Assembly (NCBI GenBank): GCA_964016885.1
Contig: OZ024759.1
Span: 31,806,001 to 31,870,000 of the forward strand
Origin: Eledone cirrhosa
Taxonomy: Eukaryota
Reading direction: 5' to 3'
DNA length: 64,000 bases
Shown here: in pieces, positions 55,566-64,000 of the stretch
Numbering within the stretch: the stretch's first letter is position 1
Layout: the number at the start of each line of letters is the position of its first letter
The notes under the pieces: generated by a model
Told to the model about the DNA's origin: nothing
Database searches by the model: none
What the model saw: only the letters and a program-made list of their open reading frames with translations
Program-made: the position numbers and the translations under genes

Positions 55566-56865
55566 ACGTAGAAATGAAATGGCTCTGCAAGATGATGTAG
55601 ACCAGATTGTTTGGACATAGATCAACTCTGGTGTTTATATAACGACAGCTCTGTAAAGGTGAAAGGTTCAAAACAACAACAATAAAAACAACAATAATGC
55701 CCTTTGAACCCCCCTAAAAAAAAAACCAAAAAAAAAAACCATTGAAGTTGCATCACTAAATATTTTGGCAAAACAATGTCATTTAATCACGTGTTTGATA
55801 CCGGTCTCCTGTGTGTTTAATACCTTCCTACATTCCATTAGATGTTTTGGAGATCCTGAAATATAATTTAGCGTTAAACTCTGTATCCCCCATCCTGACT
55901 GAAGAATGTTACAACAGCAGCAATAATAGCAGAAATGACTCCGTATAAATCAAAAAGCCTATCCTCTTCCACCCCTCCAAAAAAGTGAAATTTGAACCTC
56001 CAAAACGTTAAATGTACTTAACTATTAAATACTTTGTAAAACCACGCTATTTAATAATGCTGGCTGTATGAGGGTGTGAGGAGAAGTCATTCTCTCTCTC
56101 TCTCTCTTTCTCTCTCTCCCCAAGTGGCGAATGCCTAAAAAAAAAAGAAGGGGTTGGTTTGAGGGCATAGCACTTCCCTTTCTAACCAAACAAAGATGAA
56201 AGGTATATTATAAAAACAAAGTGAGAAATAAAACAGATAAATAAGCAAAAACCAAAAACAAAATGTCGACCTTTAACCCAACCAAACGTTAAAGTTGCAT
56301 AACTACTAAATACTTTGAAAAAGCGCGACATTAAATCATACTGGTTGTATACAAGATGGCCGCTTTTTTTTCTGCCCGTTTTATGCAGAACGCGGCGTCT
56401 CTCGGTAGATTTCTAATTCATCTTGTGAAGAAGAACGCCGGCTTTTCAGACGAACGAGCGGAAAGCGAATGCAATAAGAACTCAAAAGAAAGTGTCTGCT
56501 ATTAATGGCACTGCTGTCAAAGAATTTTCTCTAGTACACACACGGCACACACGCACGCACACACACATACACATACATTCTCTTTCTCTTTCATACGCTC
56601 TCTCTTTGCTAAGATATACAGAATATTTGCTACTGCACTTACACAAATGCACATATAGACAACGCTTATATATATATATATACACACACACTCATAACTC
56701 TTCTCTTTGCTAGAATATATAGAATCCATTCTAGTGCACGCTCTCTCCTCCCCTCTCCCCCTCCTTCTCTCCTTCCCTCTCTCTATTAGATTATATAGAA
56801 TCCACTCCAGAGCATTCTTTCATCCTCTTACCCCTCCCTCTTTCACACCCTTACTTTCTCCCGCA

Positions 56866-56898
<33 letters not shown>

Positions 56899-57395
56899 TA
56901 GATTATAATAGAATCTCTTCTCTCTCCTTCCCTCCCCCTCTTTCTTTTCATCTCTCCCTCCTCCCTATCTCATTCTCTCTCCCCCCCCTCTCATCCCCCC
57001 TCTCATTCTCTCTCCCCTTTCTCTCTCACTCTCCCAATCTCTCTCTTTCTCACACTCCTCCTCCTCTCTCTCTCCCCTTTCTCTCTCTTTCTCCCAATCT
57101 CTCTCTTTCTCCCCCCTCTCTCGCCCTTTCTCTCTCACTCCCCCAATCTCTTTCTTTCACCCCCCCTATCTCGCACTCTCCCAATCTACCCCCCCCCCCC
57201 TTTCCCTCTCACACTACTCCTCCTCCCCTCTCTCCCCTTTATCTCTCACTCTCCCCCCTCTATCCTCCTCTCTCTCCCCTCTCTCTCACCTCTCTAACAG
57301 AATATATGGAATCGCCGAAACAACTGCTACGGACAAATTACAGAACTATAAATACTTTTCTTTAGCAAGAATTGGTTGGTTCAGTTGGAGAGTTA

Positions 57396-57428
<33 letters not shown>

Positions 57429-57642
57429 ATATACAGACACACACTCTCACACATATATACACACGCATATATACACTTATATACATGCACATACACTCAT
57501 ACACACAGACACATAAATATATACACATATATATATATACATACATATGCATAGATGTATGTACACACACACACAGACACCCATACATGCACACGTTATA
57601 TCATATATAGAAGAATCACACATCCTGCTTATCTCATTTCCA

Positions 57643-57695
<53 letters not shown>

Positions 57696-57760
57696 GCAAC
57701 ACACACATAAATGCATACATACTATATATATATATGTATATATATTTATACTTATACAAA

Positions 57761-57796
<36 letters not shown>

Positions 57797-57883
57797 GCAG
57801 CACACATAAATGCAAGGATGTACATGCGTACATACCATATATATATATACATGCAACACACATAAATGTATACATAGCATGTA

Positions 57884-57970
<87 letters not shown>

Positions 57971-58052
57971 ATATATATACATATAAAACATACGATATAT
58001 ATATAAATAAATATATATATATATACATATAAAACATACGATATATATATAA

Positions 58053-58099
<47 letters not shown>

Positions 58100-58334
58100 T
58101 ATATATACACTCACTGATATAGACATGCACCGCAAACGTACCCAGCCACAGACAGTGAAGCTGTATAAAGTGTATTGACGGCATACATATCTAAAAGCAA
58201 TTAGTTAGTGAAATGAAATATTAACTTAAAGACTGTCGTTGAAGATGGCTCTGGTTACTTGCAGTGTTTTCTTCAGAGTTATTTATAACAATGGTCATTT
58301 GGTATTAAGTGGAATTGTCTCTTATCTGAGTCCA

Positions 58335-58376
<42 letters not shown>

Positions 58377-58476
58377 GTATTTATATATATATATATACGT
58401 ATTTGTATATATATATATATACGTATTTGCATATATATATATACACAAATACGTTTAATATATATATATACGTATT

Positions 58477-58519
<43 letters not shown>

Positions 58520-58672
58520 ATATATATATATATTTGTATATATATATATATATATTTGTATATATATATATATATATATATATTTGTATATATATATATA
58601 TATATTTGTATATATATATATATATTTGTATATATATATATATATATATATATTTGTATATATATATATATT

Positions 58673-58715
<43 letters not shown>

Positions 58716-58758
58716 ATATATATATATTTGTATATATATATATTTGTATATATATATT

Positions 58759-58805
<47 letters not shown>

Positions 58806-59329
58806 GTATTTGTATATATATATACGTATTTGTATATATATATACGTATTTGTATATATATATACGTATTTGTATATATATATATATATATATATATGAA
58901 AAGTGTAATTTTCTACACAAAACGAAGGTTATAGAGAAAATTGAGGTTGGTAATGGCACATGGAATATATAAGAGACAGAATACTTTTTTGTGAAAAAAC
59001 ATAATTTTATAAGGTAAGGAAATAATAAAGGGTATAAAAAATACATACATATATATATATATATACACAAATACGTATACATATATATATATATACGTAT
59101 GGCGACCTCTGGAGGCCCTTGTAATTTGAGTACATTACGGTTGACATTCATATATATTCTCTTTGACATTCTGTTTTCCCAAGAAGGACCTATGTCCGAA
59201 ACGTTAAAGTTCGTTTCCTTACATACATATATACATATAGACACAGACAGACAGAGAGAGAGAGAGAGACACACACACACACATAAACTCACACACACAT
59301 ATATATATACACACATACACACATATGGT

Positions 59330-59545
59330 GAATGCGCGTGGCTGAGTGGTTAGAGAATTGGATTCGCAATCAATCGTGAGGTTGTGAGTTCGATTCCTGG
59401 ACCAGGCAATGCGTTATGTTCTTGAGCAAGATACTTTATTTCACGTTGATCTTTCTACCTGGAGTTGCGACTGATAGATAGTATTAGCAATTGGTAAGAC
59501 CAGTGGAAACATACTTTCCTCGGTCCGATTTGACGAAAGTCGATC

Positions 59546-59550
<5 letters not shown>
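59330..59550 (+). mobile_element. tRNA/CORE-like SINE
   Basis: TGGCTGAGTGG A box, GAGTTCGATTCC B box. Confidence 0.8.
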
Positions 59551-59583
<33 letters not shown>

Positions 59584-60599
59584 GCATACTTACATATGTA
59601 TGTATATGTGTGTATATATGTGATGGCTGCAACTCAATTTCGAGCGATGCCATCGCTTGATACTTAAACACAAGCATCACAGACGTGGCTTTTAAGACGT
59701 GCTAGTGACTTGCCTACTCAGGTGGCAAATTGCCAGTCGTTAAGATGTCGGATGTAATGCTTTACAGCATTTGTTCCACCTCATTGCGCGTTCTGAGTTC
59801 AAATCCCGCTGGGGTCAACTTTGCCTTTCATCCTTTCGAGATCGATAAAAAAAGTACCAGTCCAGTACTGGGGTTGATTCTTTCTCTTTAGAAAAAATCG
59901 GCAGTGTTCAGACCTGGAGAGGTTTAGGCTCCGCCAGGTTTAAAAGTGCCCTAACACGCCGTTTGACGGTTCCTCTACGACACTACAAAGAGTTATGGGA
60001 CCTTTATCTTAGTGACTTGCCAACAGCCAGTAATACCATACATCACAAAAAATGTTATATATCACATATGCCTGTGCTTGAAGCTTTTTTAAGCGGTGAA
60101 AGGCTTTGCATGGTGCCAATCCCACTCTCTGAACATCGAATGCTTTTGCCCAAAAAGTAGAACTGGTCTACGTCATCGGATGCAAACGAAGTCGCAGGTT
60201 TTACATCAGAGGTGACCTTCTCCTAGAGAGATGTCTTAATGAAGACTAGGGGGTCTCTCGCTCAACAAAAACAAGAAATCCTTATTGGATGGCCGTTGAC
60301 TCTCCTGAGTTCCTCCGCCTTTTGACGGGTCTTGTTTTTCATCTCGCAGGGTGTCGAAAATCACCCTCCTCACCAAGGAAGCTTGGTGGGGTTGCCGGTT
60401 TAGTCGCCGACTACCCGACCATGTACAGGTTGTACTGGGTTACATGTTACCAGTAGCGCTGAAGAGCGACCTGACATATACATACATACACAAAACTCTT
60501 GGAACAATTCCACTGAAGACATCTTGTATATATTGTTACTGGAAGAGTCATCGTCGAAACCGACGGAAGTTGCATTCTATTCTTGTGTCAACAATGTCA

Positions 60600-61640
60600 G
60601 CTATAGTAGTAACAATAACTACAACAACATCAACAGCAGCTGCACAGCACCACTAACATCAACAGCAGCTGCACAGCACCACTAACATCATCAGCAGTAG
60701 CACCACCAGCACCTATAGCAACGCCAATAACACCAGGTGCAGCAGCATTACCATTGGCAACACCAACTGCATTGGCAACAGCAGCACCATCACAACCAGC
60801 AGCACCAATTGCAACGCCACCATCACCAACACCAGCAACATCACTGCCACTAACACCACTGCTACCATTACCACAAGTACCAACAGCATCACCGCCACCA
60901 CCATCACTGTTACCACCATCACCACCATCACCAGACACACAACTACCCCTATCACCACCACCACAACCAGCACCACCACCACCACCACCACTACTACCAC
61001 CACTACCACTCCGCCAACACATCCACAAGCATCACCAACAGCAACAATACCACCAACACAACAACCACCACCACCAACACAATCACCACCACAACCACCG
61101 CCACCGCTACCACCACCACCACCACCACCACCACCACCACCACCACCACCACCACTACCACTACTACCACCACCACCACCACTACCACTACCACCACCAA
61201 CAACAACACTACCACCACCACCACCACAATCACCCCCACCTCCAACACAATCACCAACACTACCACTACCACAACAACCACCACCACCACCAGCACCACC
61301 AACACAATCACCCCCACCACCACCACCACCACCACCACCAGCAACACCACCACCACCAGCACCACCAACACAATCACCCCCACCACCACCACCACCACCA
61401 TCAGCAATTGCAACTAGCTCCCGCCAAATAATCTCAGCTTAACAACCTATAATTCAAGATAAGTTTTATTATATGGTAGGCCTCGTTTAGTTCTAAAGTA
61501 TTGTTTGGTGTTGTTGTTGTTGGTGTTGTTGTTGTTGACGTTGTTGGTGTTGTTGTTGTTGTTGTTGCTGGTGTTGTTTGGTGTTGTTGTTGTTGTTGTT
61601 GTTGTTGTTTGGTGTTGCTGGTGTTGCTGCTTTTGTTGTT
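60600..61640. repeat. Low-complexity (CAN)n and (GTT)n tracts
   Basis: Trinucleotide-derived sequence. Confidence 0.8.
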
Positions 61641-61748
61641 GAAGATGGAATTTCTCGCGTTTCTCGACGCCTCTTCTCTCTCAAGACAACACCCATGATA
61701 TAGCAATATATGTGTAGTTAGGTTTCTCTGTACATATGTATGTGTGAG

Positions 61749-61813
<65 letters not shown>

Positions 61814-61819
61814 ACGCAC

Positions 61820-61861
<42 letters not shown>

Positions 61862-62112
61862 TTGTGTGTGGTGTATATATATATATATATAAATGTAGTT
61901 ATGTTTGTCTGTATATATATATATATATTTTGTGTATATATGTTTGTGTGTGTATATATATATTGTGTATATATGTTTATATATGTTTGTATTTATGTAT
62001 GTATGTATATATATATATATATATGTATGTTGTATATATATATATATATATATATTGTGTGTATAATGTTTATGTATGTATATATATATATAGTGTATAT
62101 ATGTTTGTATGT

Positions 62113-62145
<33 letters not shown>

Positions 62146-62202
62146 TGTGTGTATATGTTTATGTATGTATATATATATATAGTGTATATATGTTTGTGTA
62201 TG

Positions 62203-62238
<36 letters not shown>

Positions 62239-62529
62239 CGTGTGTATAAATGTTCTGTAGGTTCAAGGACGTATGAAACACCACACAACCTACCCCCAAC
62301 TCCTCACATCTTCTGAGGGTCGTTTAAACCACCGCCACCACCACCACCACCACCAGCAGTAGCAGTAGCAGCAGCAGGCAGCACCACCACCACCAGCAGC
62401 AGCATGGACATGTTTAATTAACGCTAGATATTTCTAGCCCACCAATTATCTTAACACACACAAACATATATATATATATTATATCCACAGAAATATATCT
62501 ATATATACACGCAGACAGACACTAAAATA

Positions 62530-62569
<40 letters not shown>

Positions 62570-62639
62570 CATATGCATACAAATAATTACCCCCCCCCCC
62601 CTATATATATATATATCTAAAATCTTAGATCTGTCTTAA

Positions 62640-62897
62640 GCCAGAAGGCTCATTTGGCCGGTGCTGATCCCGGTTTCATGGCGTGAAGCGACTGAGAGTA
62701 CAAGACCCCCCCTGGATAGGACGCCAGTCCATCGCAGGGTTAAACCTCCAGCTATTGCTGGTACTCATTTTCAGCTGAGTGTAGTGGAGCAACGTGAAAT
62801 GAAGTGTTTTGCTCAAGAACACAACGCGCAACCCAGGAATCGAACCCACGACATTATGATCGTAAGTCCAACACCCTTACCACTAGGCCACGTGCCT

Positions 62898-62898
<1 letters not shown>
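62640..62898 (-). mobile_element. tRNA/CORE-like SINE
   Basis: TGGCCTAGTGG..GGGTTCGATTCC head; TGAGCAAAACACTT..CAGCTGAAAATGAGTACC. Confidence 0.8.
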
Positions 62899-62957
<59 letters not shown>

Positions 62958-63178
62958 GCTATAATCGGTTTCCATCAAAATGCAATGTGTTTATGGCTTC
63001 TAACTTTAGATACAGATAATAATATTATATATTATGGTATAAATAAACTATTATATATATAGTCATCACAATACATATAACTTTAATAATAGTTGACAAC
63101 TATAGATAGAAGTTGAATAAATCAATTAAAGTATCCATGGAGATGGATTTCAAATGTATCAACGTCTTTGTAAATTAA

Positions 63179-63244
<66 letters not shown>

Positions 63245-63552
63245 CACATACATATATATATACATATTTAATTGTCTGATTATTATATAACAGATGACAT
63301 AGAAATACGCATCACAGGATTACGTTGTAAATAGAATGTTATTAAATTATAACATACTGCTTCCAAGTCATTACGGACACACACACACACACATATCTAA
63401 AATAGTGTGTCGCACAGGACAATGACAGTGCGAAAATCAATGGAAAAAAACGGACAGTCCAACCTCCTCACTTCAGCAAATTTGTTTGTTACTAAAGGTG
63501 GTATCAATGTTAGCACTGAATGTTAAGGCAGGGTGTATAAATTAGTTTGATA

Positions 63553-63673
63553 AACAAGTCTGATGAGGAGACTGATGTTGGAGTCTATATCACAAATATA
63601 TCACACATATATATGGTCTATTTCACAAATATGAATATTGAGCCAGTCATCTGTGAAACGTACGTAACTGGTT
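63553..63673 (+). ncRNA. Type I hammerhead ribozyme motif with ~88-nt stem II domain (GUA)
   Basis: AACAAGT-CTGATGA-..GACTG..CAGTC..-GAAAC-GTAC-GTA-ACTGGTT, then AATAAA. Confidence 0.68.
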
Positions 63674-63727
63674 AATAAAAAATAAGAACACCAATGTGAA
63701 ACATGTTTTACTCAATATATATATATT

Positions 63728-63945
63728 TAGAAGTAGTACCACAACAGTTAGTTCACCATACCGAGAACAAATGTTTCACCTCATTCGGAACCTCAGCTCG
63801 CTTTAGACTGAGCTGACGATCCGAATAAGGTGAAACATTTGTTCTCGGTATGGTGAACTAACTGTTGTGGAACTACTTCTACGAAACTCGTCCCATGGAC
63901 TGAGTGCTCTACTACTACGGATATAACCCTCCAGTGTTCTACTAT
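63728..63945 (+). mobile_element. PLE-like fold-back element, family D
   Basis: ~72-bp arms 63728-63800 / 63809-63881. Confidence 0.7.
63807..63849 (+). ncRNA. Type I hammerhead ribozyme motif (GUU)
   Basis: ACTGAG-CTGACGA-T CC GAATAA GG T-GAAAC-ATTT-GTT-CTCGGT; inverted copy 63760-63800 has CTGAGGT. Confidence 0.7.
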
Positions 63946-64000
63946 TATATATATATTTGGTGAAGGCCGTGTGCTGAGTGGTTAGAGAATTGGATTCACA

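Noticed and set aside
60754-61431. Pro/His-rich 225-aa ORF as a real protein
   Set aside because: Trinucleotide low-complexity sequence open in several frames on both strands

Overview
Eukaryotic, gene-poor, microsatellite-saturated DNA. I infer a coleoid cephalopod, probably an octopod, from the SINE families and the (TA)n/(CA)n/(CAC)n density. I found no intact host protein-coding exon; nearly all ORFs in the track are translations of simple repeats. Recognisable content: decayed RTE, CR1 and L1/Tx1-like LINE 3' ends; a Tc1/mariner fragment and a 77-bp MITE; piggyBac-like MITEs; several tRNA-derived SINE families; minisatellites. The main signal is about 14 minimal type I hammerhead-ribozyme (HHR) motifs with intact or near-intact CUGANGA/GAAA cores, from many unrelated sequence families, plus half and decayed copies. 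Nine lie within 28-35 kb. They sit in short Penelope-like (PLE) terminal remnants inserted in (TA)n tracts, many of them fold-back insertions whose inversion point lies in or beside the ribozyme. All structures were folded by eye; no activity or database match has been verified.
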